Assembly: GCA_000002435.2 (NCBI GenBank)
Contig: CM018790.1
DNA length: 64,000 nt
Source of the DNA: Giardia intestinalis
Lineage: Eukaryota
Direction: 5' to 3' (one strand)
Shown here: positions 37,736 through 52,700 of the stretch, one piece after another
Layout: each line of letters opens with the position of its first letter
Numbering within the stretch: the stretch's first letter is position 1
The notes under the pieces: model-generated
Database searches by the model: none
The model's input: only the letters and a program-made list of their open reading frames with translations
What the model was told of the DNA's origin: nothing
Translations under genes and position numbers: made by a program

Positions 37736-40700
37736 TCAGTAGAGATAGCCTGTACTGCAGTATGCCCCCTTAATGGAGACGTCAAGAGGTTGGAGGCCTG
37801 TTTTGTTTCTTAGGAACAACTGCATCCCACTGATGGTGCCCTCGATGATTACTGGAATGGACACGAAGCACGTTGCATGCTCATTTTCTTCTGCTGAGCA
37901 GTACGATGCTCCATCTATCCCTATCAGATCGTCAATCCCGTCTTCTGCGTCCAATGCATCGCCTGTCTTATTTGCATCTCCCATTTCAGTAGTTGTTCCA
38001 ACTAGGCCAGATTTATACATGTCCAGTGCTGTTTTGAGGTCGCTTCTATTCAGGCAACTGTTGTTATGCTCACAGTAATCAGTGTCTACCAAGACAGCGT
38101 AGAAAGTATATGATTGAGTATAGCCAAGAACAGACTCTGGTGTAGCGTCAGCGACGGTGTCCTCTATAGGGTCGTAAGCGATATTGAACAGTCGGAAGCC
38201 AGTTAGCTTTATCATGAATAAATCGGTGCTTGGTTTCTCACGCGCTTTCTTATCAAGTTTTTTCTTTTTGGCAACGTTAATTGAAAAGACAAGATTATTC
38301 TGGCAATCTATTTTATATTGTTGGATTGCGGTTGGTCTGCTGGCCAGTAGCACAAAGGTCTTCCGTTCTCTGTCCCTGCCTTTCCCAGTTGACTGGTGGA
38401 GGAGCATTGCCCATTTGAGAATGTTCCCTAACACGGATTGGTAGATATCTACCCTAAGCTCCCAATACATGTCGCTATATATCTTAAAGACGGGCGCACG
38501 CTCTGTGAGGGATGTTCTGAAGTAGGGAAGGGTGGTTCTCCTGGTCTGACAGTAGCCATCTGAAAGATACAAGATTGTCCTAATGCTCTTCAGCAAGTCT
38601 GCCTCTTCTTGTTGAATAGTAGTGTCTGCAAACATATTCTTATACACGGGATGGCCATCTAGGTATGTCATTACCTCCTGGGAAAGACCAATAGTAAAGA
38701 TCTCCCGGTACATTCTATTACAGAGGGAATTGTCGTATGTGATAGGCACCATATTAAAGACTTGGTATTTGAGCGCTTCAAGAGATGAAAGATCGCTAGC
38801 CGTTAGTTGCGTTAGCCGCTCTGCCTCAGCTGGGGACCTTTCCTTCTGAGAACTGTCCTTTAAAATGATGTTATGCTCATACCGCTTAATCGTCTTCAAT
38901 ATGCGCTCGATGGCCAATGCCCCCTCTTCATTGGGAAGCCTAAGGAAGGACGCTGTCTTGCTATCACAGGACACCTTTTCAATCTGCCTGGTTCTAGGTA
39001 CAATCTTCGTCAGCTCGGTGGCAGTAACTTCAAGCCTATTCTCCAGCAGTGTGGCATCATCGTTTAAGGCCTGTCTGGTAAGAACACTTGTCCCCTCGCT
39101 TGTATGCGTGTTTTGAGTTGATAGTGCAGAGCTGGTACTACCTACGCTTGACATAGACAGGGAGCTAAGGGCCTCTGATGATTCATCGCACTGTGCGTTT
39201 CTAATATCTAGAAGGATGTCCTCGATCTCACTGGTGTCAGCCTCAACTGATGCCCGTCCTAACCTAGCCCTGGCAATAGTCAATGCAAGCGATGCCTGGT
39301 CAAATTTGCCATCTAGTATGAGATGCACAGAGGACGCATCTGCAAGCCACTTACAGGGCATACCGAAGAGCATTTTAGGAACATTGTGACTGTAGTAAGT
39401 GCTTAAAAATGCCACTGTTGGGCCCGAGATTGCTGGATGCGGGCCAAAAAAGTTGCAATATATGGATAGGTGGGCTTCCCGATCTGACTGATGAATGTCC
39501 AAAGCCGGTGACACATTACCAGCTTTCTTTGCGCTGATAGAGGCTTCATCTTGGCTCCTAGCAGCAAGTATATACTCTGATATAAGCTGCGATGACAAGG
39601 AAAGCATTCCTTCAGCCTTTTTCATCCCAATAAGATGTAGCAGAGACGTTAGAAATCTTGAGTCTGAATACATACGTCCACGATCGCTTTTCAGCAGTGC
39701 ATTCTGAAGTAGTAGCGAGCAGTATAGCGCAAAACTCTTGCTATTTAGGCTGGAAAGGTCCAAATCGTGCTTTTTAAAGACGCACAGGGAGATTGTCACT
39801 AGATACACCACAGCGTCTGAAAGTGTCTTTGGGCCTTCTATATAGTAACGAGAGCCATTAGATATAGACATAAATACTCCCAACGAATAGCTGAGACTAT
39901 TGTATTGCACCTGGGGATTGCTGGCGGCCATATGGTGGGTGTCTGCTTCATTTTCTAAGAGCCTTGAGCGCTGCTCCTTACGAGATATAGCTTCCTCGGC
40001 ATAGAATTGGCCTACGTGGACGGGAATCAGCACAATCAGTAGGCTTGCTGCCCTCCATCCTTTGTTATACATCGTTATGAGCCTGTCAATTGTTTCCTTT
40101 GTGTCAATAGAAGCATCAACAATAACCGTTTTTGTTCGGAAATCATCCTCGGTCGGCCTAGACGTTATTACGCATGGAGCCAACTTGAGCTCATCGAAGA
40201 GACTACGTTCCAACCTGTCAATGACAAGGTCCAGTATGCTCATACCTTCCTCATAGAAGATAACAAGAGTGCAAGAGCCTATTCCATCGGCATAACTCCT
40301 TGACGACATCTTCCGCTCGTAGCGTGTGTCTGTAGTGAGCATAGGCTTAATGCAATGAGCGGGATCGTAGGTGTGGGAACTTTTCCCTATGGTTGCTATA
40401 TCGGGAATGTATCCACACACCATTATGATGTACCAGACTATCCCTATCACTGCTGGATACGTCAATTCAGGAATGAGGTTTTGGTTTTTACAATATGCTT
40501 CGTGTGCTTCTTTGAGGATGGTATCTCTATGTTGTATTTCGTTTCTGAAGCTACATAACCTATTGGCTGTGCCAAAAAGCTTGAAGTTTTGAGACAAATG
40601 TAACTGTGTGATTGATAAGCTAAAGACCAACGACTGGAGCACGTTATTATAGCATGGAACCTGCAAGTCAGTAGGAAGAGGGAGCTCCGCATTGCTATGG

Positions 40701-43700
40701 TATATATTCTCACACTCTTCCGTAAACAGAGGCGTGATGTAGGACTGCTCGGATACATTACCAGTCTTATCTGTGGTGGATGCATGAGCCTTCTGAGATT
40801 CCTTGAAGATGTAATGGCCAAGTATCATTTTGTATGGATCTAAGCTTGTCACTAGACTGACAAACATAAAGTTGTTGCTTGTGAAGTAGTCCAGCCACGA
40901 GAGTACTCGCTCTGAATGGGGGTAAAGTAGTGAGATGTTCCTCCATGTATAATTAGTTGCTATGGATGCCTGAAATGAAAATGGTGCTGTATCCATGAGG
41001 TCTCTGGCTCGCTGACACCGCTCGTCGTGGATGTTATAGAATGGGCTAACTCGAATAGCCTTTTCTCGCAAATCCGAGCTTAAAATGAACCTGAGAAGAA
41101 ATAGGTTATCTATGGAACATTCGCTGAGAGCACACGAAAAGATAAGGCTCATCAAGTCGCAGACAGGCATTCCCCAGGCCTTTGGAACCATTCGGTATAC
41201 TCTGGCGTTAATATAAGGAAGAAGAATATGGGATATTACGTGGGAAAGAGGTACACCCTTCCACTGAGGCGTTTCCAGTTGCTCATCTAGGTACAGGAAG
41301 AAGTGCGCAAAGAAATGATCGGTGAAGATTCGTGCTAAGGTAGGCATCACACAGCTCAGCTTCTGGCATATGATGAGAATGGAAACCATGCCCCTTGCAC
41401 AATGCTTGGCAAACTCTGCTTTAGATGCTAGTTCAGTCGCCTCATGCTCAAGCTGTAGCCGAAAGTTTGCAAGAGCAATAGATCGCTCACAGAGGCGCAT
41501 AGCCAACTCTAAGTCAAAATATGAAACGGGTGTGGTCAGAAGGAACGTCATCTCATCACAAGTATCGTGGTTCAGACAGTTTCTTCGCTGCTTGCCTAAC
41601 CTTTGACCGGAGGAGACATCGTCTTCATTCTCATCCAGCAGGTGAACGAATGTCCCTGGATTCATGATTGCCTTTTTCAGATGGGTCCCATGCTTCTCAA
41701 TGACAAACTTACTGTTGATTTCACTGCTTCTCTTCAGCAATCTCATGAGATCAGCTGTGGAAAAAAGAAGACGATGTCCCATCATTGGTCGCGTCTTCTC
41801 CAGTGGAGTGGTGAGATACAAGAGAACGTTCTGCAGGTGAGCTTCTGTAAAACTGTATGTTTGTACCACTTGTAGTTCAAGAGCACTTGGAGTCTGTAGT
41901 TCTAAATATTTTAGATATAGATTGATATTGGAATACTTTGGCTGGATCAAGATAGAAGAGTTAATCACTTCAAAGCTCATGATCCCAGAGGCCACAATTG
42001 AGCTGAACTTTGTCCCCTGAGATAGACCAATATAGTACCTGTATTCATGAAGAGGACGCACGGGGGTGATAGATATGCCGTTCAATTTAATGGGGGACTT
42101 CTTGTCTGACACACGAGATCCAACTAACTTGAAGAGCGCCATGAGAGTGCGCATGTTGAGGACGGAGATTTCGCTTTCATGGGCGTTCGTCTGATGCACG
42201 TTAATTTGAGTGATATTTTCAAAGAGCACGTTTGTAAACCCTATCGCCTTGTCTTGGGAGAAGGCCTTGGCCAGCTCCAAGTTGAATGTGGCAACGTTCT
42301 GTGCTGCATTTATCCAATAAATGATCCCGACAAGGCTTTCCAGAGTGTACCGCCCATCGTTTCCGCGGCATGCTGCTAGCTCTTCCTTGCGCTCTTCATA
42401 TTCCTGAGGAGTCGTTGTAATGAAGTGGAGCTCAGAAGCGATAGCAAGCGGAAGTGCGAGAGCCTTTTCAATGAAACACAAACGTGTCCCCAGAGAAATT
42501 GCAAGGATCAGGCTTAGTATTTCTTGTAGCACCGTAGCGTTTGCAAAGAAGATGAACCGCGTCAAGTAGCATGCTGCGCCCACATCCCATTGCGGATAGA
42601 AGGAGTCTAGACAGATCCCTAAAAAGGCAGATGGAAAGGCGGTGAGGTTAAAGGGCAGTGTACTGTTGCGGGCCATGAGTATCTCTGAATAATTCTTTCC
42701 TGGTGGAGGAGCGTTTGCCTTAAACACTTCGCTTGATTGGTGAGCCTCAGCAAACGGTACATCACAATCATCGAACATACACGTGATAGTATCTATGATG
42801 TCACGTAGATACGTATCTGTGATGACATCTAGACCCGCTTTGCTAGACCCAAACAAGGTATCTGCAAAGCCCCCAGTTCCTGCATTATGAATAATTGATA
42901 GCCTATCAAATCCAGTTGTCTTAAGATGTTGAGAAAGAGCTGTTTCAAATGCTTCATCAGAGGCGATTGCGTCCTTACGGAGTGATCCGGCATATACACG
43001 TGCTACAGCTGCAGGGCAGTCACAGGGGGCGTTGCGAAGTAACACAAGTGCACGTTTGTAATAAGGATAGAGATAGTTCTTCAGAAGTGTTAAATTATCT
43101 TTGTACGCTATGATATTTTCGCGTATCGTTGGAGAAAACATTTGGCAATAGATTCCCGTGTTTAGCAACTTGATTGTTTGCAAAAGAATATCACAAGAAT
43201 GTAGAAATGCAGTGTAGTATCTCACACGCTGCTCGTACAGTAGTTTTGAGAGCTCTGCGAACCTTTCAAAGGTCAGAAAAATCGAGTCCGGAAGAAGATT
43301 GGCGGTGACAAATAAATAGACATGCAGTGTAGCTGCTGCGACCGCCTCTGTAGTAGCTAGAATATGAATGTAGCGGACTCCTCGATACCTCTTGCCCTGT
43401 GCATCGAGGCCGGCAATGTCCTGTTTGTATCCAGCTGCTAGTGTAAAATAGTTGCGATTTAGCGAAAAGTAGCGCTGATTCTCCGAGAGTAAGAGCAGGG
43501 GAATACTACTCAAGACAGACTTCCGTACCAAAGATGTGTTAGCAATAGAGAAGCTCACTGCACGAGACATAGACGAAGAACCATGAGCAGCAGCCGTGTC
43601 TTCTGTCCCAGACTGCATTGAGATAGCACTGATGTCTGTTGCAAAGTGCCTTAGCACCGGGCTTTCCGGGAGCTTCATACCAATTGGGGTAGGCATGTCC

Positions 43701-46700
43701 GCAATAAGGAGGATGGCTAAATTGCGAGACGCTATACTAATTAGTGTACTAGTATCTATGACGACACCCAATTTGTGACGCTCGCTAGCTAAAAGGCAGA
43801 GAGTAACTAGCTCAGCTGGTGTAAATAACCGTAAAGAAATGTTTCCAGCATGGCCCAAGGACGACAAGCCATGAATGACCTTAAGAGAGTCTACGTGCTG
43901 CAGATGCGCAAGGGAACTGACCACGAAGAAGGAGTATGTTGGTTCAATCCAGACATGCTCGAGAGACGAGATGTTATAAATGGCGAAGAACTCACGCAAA
44001 TGGGCATCAAGTATATTGCTGGAGATTATGTCTGGGTTCACCCCGTTGTTGACCTTGCAAAACTGCAGGGCCTCCATGAACGTTATTGACTTTAGCGCGA
44101 GTATGGGATTGATCTGTAAGGCCAATAAGAAGACTCCTCGAAGAAGGTAGTATACCATCTGCGACTCTCCGCGACGACCTACATTGCTTATCAAGGATTT
44201 GATGAACTCATCAAATATACTGGACGGTACTTGGGAGGGGGTTAACTTTTCTGTAGAGATGCTCAGCCCCGAAGAAGAGTTTTTGGCAGCCTGTACTACA
44301 TCATCGCTCAAGTCCAGGTTTTGCTGAGTCAAGAACACGTCTACACTCAGAATAATCTTGTATGTTTTTCTATCAAGAGACTCGTCTGCTGATTGTGTCT
44401 GTGTCGTATCATCTATATCAAAAGCAGAATACTTCTCTAGTTGACGCTCTATTTCTAAGCTATCGCGGACCTTTATATCTAGGTGTTGCGCCAGCTTAGT
44501 TTTAGTGATCAATGTAGAAGATGACGACTGCGTCCGGTCCTTGCTTGCAGCGTCCTTTTTCACAGAGCCTAGGGCTGCAGCTATAGCGGCACGTGTACTG
44601 TCATCATTAACCTCCTTGGCACCTGTTGAAGCAGTGCTTTCTTTGTAAACCTGAGTGTCTAGCGTTGCCGGACCAAGGGTGTATTCCATTCCACTAGATG
44701 GAACGCGGAGAAGGAGCTTGATGAGCGCTCTACCGCCGTACAGCTTGTAGCCCCCAAACGAAGCCAGCATAAGAACAATATCTAGTAGAGAGCTGCTAAT
44801 ATCTTGCTTTCGAAGAATTGTGGTAATTATATCCAGCTGTAGCCGGGAGAAGTATTCCAGTGCACTATCTCCATGCTGCTTTCGGAACCCGTGTGGATTG
44901 CGCAGGCTTTGGAGCATCATTAAGACGCTTTTCTCACGCAGCTCTAGATCATATTGAATGGTTAGGTGCACGGTGAAAATTCTGTTGGCCAAGCCTGGTG
45001 AACACCTTGTCACTACATACTTGGTGAAGGCGTGAATATACGCCTTGAAGACTTCACTACTACTCTGTCTTAATCCTAGAGATGTCTGGGAGCTTATTTT
45101 CACGCCTCTGAAAGCTTTTAATCCGAGAAGAATCTTTAGCTTCTTCCGCATTTCTATGTAGCCCCGCATCTGCACACACAGAGATGGCACAACGCAGCTC
45201 TCCTCAAACTTTGTTAAGGACGGATCTGTTGCGGTTTTTTGTGACTGTTTTTCTGGTTTGGGGCCATCTACTCGTAAAATTGCTGGAGGCTGACGAAGGT
45301 GAGGTTTAAAGGAAGAATAGGACCCTGCCACCTCCGAAAGACTTTGATCGTTGCTTGCTTCAGATGTATCACAGGTACCATCTATGACTGTGTCACTGTC
45401 AGACGCTTCTGAGTCTTCCAGGATCTGCGAGTTTTCGCGCGCAATTCGAAGAGTTTCGGTTTCCCATGACAGCTCCATTTGTAACTTTGTTACCCCGCAG
45501 AGTTCTAATAGCTTATTAGCCTTTGCAAAAGCAGCCGTATCAGAGCTAGTAAGAATACCCCAGGGACCGATTGGACTCAGCTTGCCCATAGCGAGTGATC
45601 CACGTAGGGCATCTATAATGTTGATTATGGTTGGGGCTGTGATTTCAGAAATGAAACGAAGCGCCAAGAAGACAGAAGACGCAGTAAAAAGCCGCATTTG
45701 GATGTCCTGGACTTGATCTGTGGAGAAAATGCTGAGCCGTTTCATCTCTGCAAGCAGGCGAAGAAGGCTTACAGGTATTTGATCTTTTACGAGCAAGAGA
45801 CCGTCAATGAGTTGCTTGATCCATGTGGCAGAAAGCTCATTTAATGAAGTTATGGCTTGATCTGTGGTCAAGTTGAATCCAGGAGCTATCTTCGTAGTTT
45901 CATTAGCACTAGCTTCTTCTTGGCAATTTAATCCGGGATACACTCTAGTAAGTATGGAGGAGATGTCGAGATATCGTCTTTGGTTTAGCAAGAGATCAAT
46001 CAGGAAAGCGCGTCCAGTGTCAGGAACCACTATGTTAATTAGTTGGCTGCACTGGAGTTGCGGTGGATAAAATTCGCTCTCAAAGGTAATAGAAAGGGTT
46101 GGTGCGTCAACGGTTCCTAAGAGGGATTGGTGACTATCGCCCTCTGGAGATATTGATATATTGCCGGGAGAATTGAGAGAGAGAACACGTTCTCCCAGGA
46201 AAAGAGCGACTATATCTAGACCGGCGTGCTTTGTAAGCTCGTCGAGCACACTTTCTTGGGCCTGCTCAAACTTGCCATTGTCTAGAAAAAGAACGGTAAA
46301 GTGCATATGGAGGATCTGTCGGCCTGGAAACCTGAGTTCGTTGCCGTTGGTCAGATACAATTCACGGGCTGCATCTGCCAAAAAGATCTTATTTTCCTCA
46401 CAACTGCTGGGTAGGTAGAGCTGCATCACAGAATATTCATGGATGAGAGCATGTGCAGCTTGAATCAGCGTTGTCTTTCCAGAATAACGAGGACCGAGCA
46501 GGTGGACGGAGACACCGCCCAGAATGCAGATTGCAATGAAGAAAATAAGCTGAGAGCGAAGCATGTCAAAGTGTAGAGCAAGCTTGTGTACAGATGTCGG
46601 CTTCAGATAGTTGTCCGTCTGAGAGCTGGTCATCAAACTCTGGCCAAACTTGTAAGGAAGAAACTTTAGATAAGTGTAGTGGTTTGTCTGCTCTTTTATA

Positions 46701-49700
46701 GCTGAAGATGTGCGAGAGGATTGCTTAGCAAGAGGGCCTGTCGTCAACGGAGGAACTACAGCCCCGGCACTTGCATTGCCATCACGTTTGTGCTTTGCTG
46801 ACTTCAGTATAGGGTTTGTTGATCGCTTGTTAGGCATATTTCCATGTGCCCTGTTTGCAGAGGTGTACTGCATGTATGATCCTTTCTCAGTTACAACCGC
46901 CAAGTATGCATACTTATGTTGCTCGTAAGGATACTCTGGCGGTAGCGTCTCTTCAATGTGCGTAAGACACACCTCCAGGCTCTTCTGAAGAAGCTTGTCA
47001 TTAGAGAACCTACTGAGAAGAAGGGGGATGGTATGCTTGCTGTGAAAGCTAAGGTACTTCATCCAGAGTTTAGAGAGCCTGTGCACTTTCCCTCTTATGT
47101 ACTGAACGTATGCCAAAGACACGCTAGTCCAGACAGCAGCGAAGACAGGACATAGGAGATTGAAACATGCCTGCTCATAAGATTCGGCCCTATAAACATA
47201 CTCTATAAGGAACTCATCCGACAGAGAAATATCAAAGAAGGTAAATCGGCGCTCTCCAAACATGGCCAAAGCGCTGGAGAATGAGCCAATATGCTCGGCA
47301 CACCAAACATGCGACAGATTGATCGTTGTATGTGCCGAAAACTGAAGCTCAGCCTCTGGTTTTAGACTATTCATCAGATCCATGTTGGTCCCTTTTGGAG
47401 TCTTTGAAGGGTCTGTTTGCGTAGTTGGGCTCTTCATGCTAGGTGTCCTTGGGATAATGGTAAGGTCATGTCGTGTGGATAACGAGGATAAGGAAGGATT
47501 GATCAGGTTGGTTAATCGCGCAGTTCTGTTAGTATTGCAGCTGGCGACAGTACCTGCATCTCCACGTCTTGAACTGATGCCTCCGAGGCCCTTGCTTGAC
47601 GGGCTTTGAAGGGCTGGCGGTTTGCTTTGAGTAGTAATAGAAGACTGGTGCTGAGGCTTACGTGTTAGCTGCTGATTGGTAGCCACCAATCGTTCTGCTA
47701 GTTGCTCTGCTGTGAACGAGCGCACATCTGGGGGCTTGAACACACATACCTTGCAGCAAACAAGATAGTAGTAGAATGTGCTGCGAAGGATCCTCCAGCC
47801 CCGCAGGTCTGGCGCCATCGAAAAGACCGCTGTTGCTTGGTCGAAATAATGTAATACTAAGATATAGAACAAACTGCTAATAAATCGTAGTCGTCGCAGG
47901 CCCATCTGCAGGGCCGACGCCTCATCTGTACACGGTGGTGTGCACATCTTACGGAAGTACTCCTTTGCCGTGTCTAGGTTTTCAATATTGTCTATGGTGC
48001 ATTGAGTCATCTTTTCGTGAATATAGTCAAGCATGTGATTGGCAGTAGCAGAAGATAGCTTAAAAGAGTTTAGCACAAGCAATTTAATAAGGGCCTCTGT
48101 ACGCATGACGGACGAGTCTATGACGATTCGGTGAGGGATCAACCCCATTGGTGTGGCCAACATTTTGTCCTCCAAAAATGATCCTGTGGTGATAACTAGA
48201 ACCTTAGGGCGTCCATACTTACTGACAAGAGAGTCTCCAGTGTGAGAAGCATTGAACATTGCCGACAACTCGCAATCTAGCTCTACTCCATTCGTCATCG
48301 AGAGGTGTGGTACTGGGTTCATAAACGCTAACAAGGCGCCATACAGGCTCGGTCCCAGATTCCCTGTTGTATCATTGATAAGAAGAACAACAAGAGCAGA
48401 TGACCCCAAACGGCGAATAGTATCACTGTGGTGATGTAAGTCGTTGATGGAATGGACAAAGAAGGGCTGCAAGCGTCCAAATTTGGAGAGTATTGTTGCA
48501 TAACACTCTAGCACTTGTACGCTCTGATTGTTTGAGAAAAGGGCGCAAGGTCCTAATTGTAGAAACTCCAGGCAGACGAGAAGCAGATCTGTGCCCAGAG
48601 GACCTATTATATTGACCTGCTCTGATGCTGCCTCGCAGAACTGTACATACTGTGATGATAATGTTTGCTTGATGCAAGCCCAGATGTTCTGGCTCAATGA
48701 GGCAGTTGGGCTTCTGGTATAATTTATCTTAAAAGTGTCTGCTTCAGCCTGAACATTAGTAAGTTGGTTATCTTCCTGCTCACTATCATGCTGCTTATCT
48801 TGCTTCTGCGCGGTACTGTGGTCTGCTGAAGTATCATATACATGTGACCGAGATGCAGGTATATCACGCGCTAGAGCCTTCTTGAGGACGGGTTCTTCAG
48901 TACTAAGATTAAGTAACTTGTTTAGGCTAGCGACTATCTTGTGAATGTGGCTGACTTGAGCACTTGTGAGTCGAAAGGCAAAGGCAACTACCTTGATAAG
49001 AAAATCCCTTATTGAGAGGGAATAGACCTGTCCAATCAGCAAAAGAGCAGTAGTAATGGCCACACTGAAAGTGTTTGTCGTGTCACGAGCTCGTTTATAT
49101 ATGATATCAATATCGTCTGGATACAGTTTTGGACACGCGCTCTGCATGGCATTGAGAAGGAGAGATATCTCATAGAAGGACTCTGCGTGAGCTTCCCCCT
49201 TCTTCTTAAAGAGGTGGTAAAGAACGTGGTTGCTTGGGATAGGCATCAAGACCTCAGCGTTAGGAAGACACTTGAAGGTAGTCCGCACAAGTGTAGGGTC
49301 AAAGTGTACAATTCCGAGAAAATCCGTAAGAATGGCCCCATACAGCTGCGCCATAATCTTACAGCGGGGCTTTCCTTCCGGTAAGTCACCGCGTTCATTA
49401 GTCAACCGCGTACCTGGGGGCTGCCTGCTGCCAGTTGGTAAAGACACGGAAAGATTGCAAAGAGCCCCTGTAAGGAGGGTGTTCAATTTGGTGGCAGAAG
49501 TGGCCAAACTAGAACCAAAACTGTCAAGAAAAGCTTCTATTTTTGCCTGGTTGAATAGGCTATTCATATTACGACCAGTTGTCGAGAGGCTAATCGATCC
49601 ATCTTCATGATATATGAGTTCAGGAAGGATGATGACGATGTACCCTGTGAACATGCATGTTGAAAAGTCATTCAGAGCAAGCTCTCCTGGTACCGATCCA

Positions 49701-52700
49701 CCGCTCTGGTACTTGACAATCGGAAAGCTCCCCCGAGCAAGGTATATGGTGTTGAAGCAGTCAATCAAGCGCGCATGGTGCTCTGTTGATAAAAACTCCA
49801 GGCCATGCAGGTAGACCCCGTATCCAGCCATGAAATAGGAGATAATCTGAAGAATTATAAGGTTCGCTGGGGAATAACTGGTCAGCGAGAGAAAGATGTG
49901 CCGCGTACAGAGTAATCGACTGGTGTATTGTGCTATGATCTTAGTATCTAGAAGGTTGTATCCACGCAGCTTGTCAGAGTAGATGAATATAGGCTTGCGC
50001 TGAACAAACCCCACTATTATCTTAGCAACGACGGCTAGCTGCTTATAGTTAAGCGGCAAAGAATCCAAGATAGTCGCCTTTCCCAGATAGTGTGGGCCCA
50101 GATTGACCATGGATGACCCCACAAAGAGCTTGCAATCCTGTGTAAATGTTATAGACCCTGTAGTCCTGTGAGAATCCACGGAGACCTTTTCTTCTGAATC
50201 TCTTGCTCTAGAAGCACTGGCGGCAGAGTTAACAATATTGACTGCTGCCTTTCCAAAGCCCCGTGTCGCACACCGAAGAGTGGCATCCTCTGCAGTCATC
50301 ATTACCCTTGTCGGAGGAGCAGAAGACATCTGGGATGGTTTGATGAATGCATCTGTAGTGTCGTCTCTTAGCACGGAGGAAGAAATGAACCCATAAGCAA
50401 GGCTACTTAAAATCTTATTTGTCTCCACATTAAGACTGCATCCAGCGCTCGTTAGTATGGACCGATGTATTTTTGAGTGATGGATCTGCACAAAGATCTC
50501 TCGAAGTTTGGAAATTGTTTCCATCGATAACGCCTTTGCAAAGTCCGGCTGTGAGATGGCCTCAATCCTTATACTCTTTGCCTTCTTGCGAGATCCCTTT
50601 AACGCAGCAATCTCTGCATCTGCATAGTGGTCATTATAGTATTCTATTGTTTGGTGTATAATGAGGTTTAAAAGCTGATCGTATTCGAAGACACGGGCAG
50701 CAATTGCCTTGAAGCAAAGGTATCTTTGACAGCGCCGCTGTTTGTAGTACTGTATTTTGGCAACCTTCTCTACGCTCTTTGCCAATAGCTCATCATCATT
50801 AGACATCGGCCCTGTCAACCCGAAAAGCTCTCGGCGGATGGTATTGATATAAGTCTCGGGTATTTTGTAATCTGACGAAAGCAAGGTATAGTCAACCTTT
50901 TGCTCTAAGCTGTCGTGGAGTTCTGGGCTTACCAAGTGACGCTTTAGCTGCTCGAAAATGGTAAACTTCAAAGTAAAGAAGTGGTCAACATTCCCATCCA
51001 GGTGTAGGCAAAAGACAACAGTCAGTGCATAGATTATGCTCTGGTAGAGACACTGGCAGAGAAGCTCAGAGATCCTGAGAGATATAAGAAGAAGAACCGC
51101 TCGCTTGTGTTCGCGAAGCAGACCCTCTCGATGGAGCCGCATATCATTTAGCATTCCAGAAAGAAGGAAAAGTTCTTGCGGTGCTCTGAGTCCATACTCA
51201 AAATACAGACGCTCAAAACCTGATTCTAAACCAACAATGATGATATCGGAAGGGCTAAGATGAGGAAGCGCGTGCATACTAGACTTCTTATTGAATCCTA
51301 CCTCACAGTAGCTCATATTCCTGGGGTTGCCCAGGAGTACGCGATCAAAGTTAGGGAGCACTGACTGATAGACTGCAGGGCAGTAGTATAGTGTGTTGAG
51401 ATTTTCTTGGAGAGAAAAGATGCTATAGAAGATGGAGGGAATCTTTGGAAGAAGAAGGGCACAGGCCACAGGCTTACCGTTGTAATGAGGAATCATCGGA
51501 ATAGATAACACATGCGTGTATACATTTTCTAGAATGCTACTTAAGTCATGTGTGCAGTGGGCAAGCTGTGTGAATAACTGAGGCTTGCCAGTGATCAACG
51601 CCAGAAACGATCCCGGACCAGGGTTCACACTAGATAGCTTGTTTGCTTCACGGAGGACGTTTAGGGTGTTAAAAATGGTCCGTTTGTAGTCTCCAAAATC
51701 ATTATACAAGCTAAGAAAGGACATATCTTGAACCCCGTTCCTGACAATGGTTAGTCGAGGTAGAATATATAGGAGTTCAGGGAGCAGCATAGAAACCCGA
51801 CTAATAGAGATAAGTGCGCTGCGCAAGAGAAGAAGCTGTACCTCCAGTTGGCGAGCTCTTGCCTGGACTGTATGAGGGTGCTTACGAGAAAGGATGTCAG
51901 CCACGAAAAAAAGGGCCTCCCGAATGACTTTCAGCAACCCCGAGTGTACCTGGATGAAAGGTAGCACAGTTTTGCTTGCGTGCGAGAGCATACTATTAGG
52001 TGTCATGGAGCCTGCAGTGGAGGTCGGGGCACCGGAGGTACTTGCAAGCAAATTTTCCTTTGAGCCCGAACTCCAGTGGGATATTATAATACCAGATGTT
52101 TCAGGTGTTTCTTCCGCAGTTGATAATTCGTCCACATTTAGTTTGAGAGAACTAAGACGTGAAAATGCACGGGCTTTGGGACCTTTTGGCGCATTGGAGG
52201 AAGAACTGGAGGCATTCTGCTTATTCTTATCATCAGGCTCGTTGTTGGGCTGAGCCGACAGAGCCAGACTTAGCTTGCTTCCACGACGACTGGTCCCACG
52301 AGGTGGAACAGCAGATAGCTGAATTGGTGCCGTCTGGGGCTCGTCTAAGTCCTGATTCTGTTGATCCTCTTCTAGAGTAGCCATGGAGTCGGAGTTCTGC
52401 CATTTATTAAACAGTACCCCTAGCTCATTAGACAGATTGATGTGGATAACAAGTTCGCAGGGGAAGATCTGAAGGTTCTGAAGAAAGGTATCGATTTCGG
52501 CCAGCTGCAGAAGCGTCTGTGTGCTCTTTTCCGCTCGAGTAAAGATCATTCTGGCCAAACGAAGTGCATAATCAAAATCAGAAATGTCGAGAAGTTGGGC
52601 ATTTGGAATCAACTTATCTTCTGTGAGGGGAAGCGAAAGTTCCTCAGCCAGCTGTTTGAAGTCAGCAGCCATGAGGGTAGGGGAACTAAGGCAGTGCAAG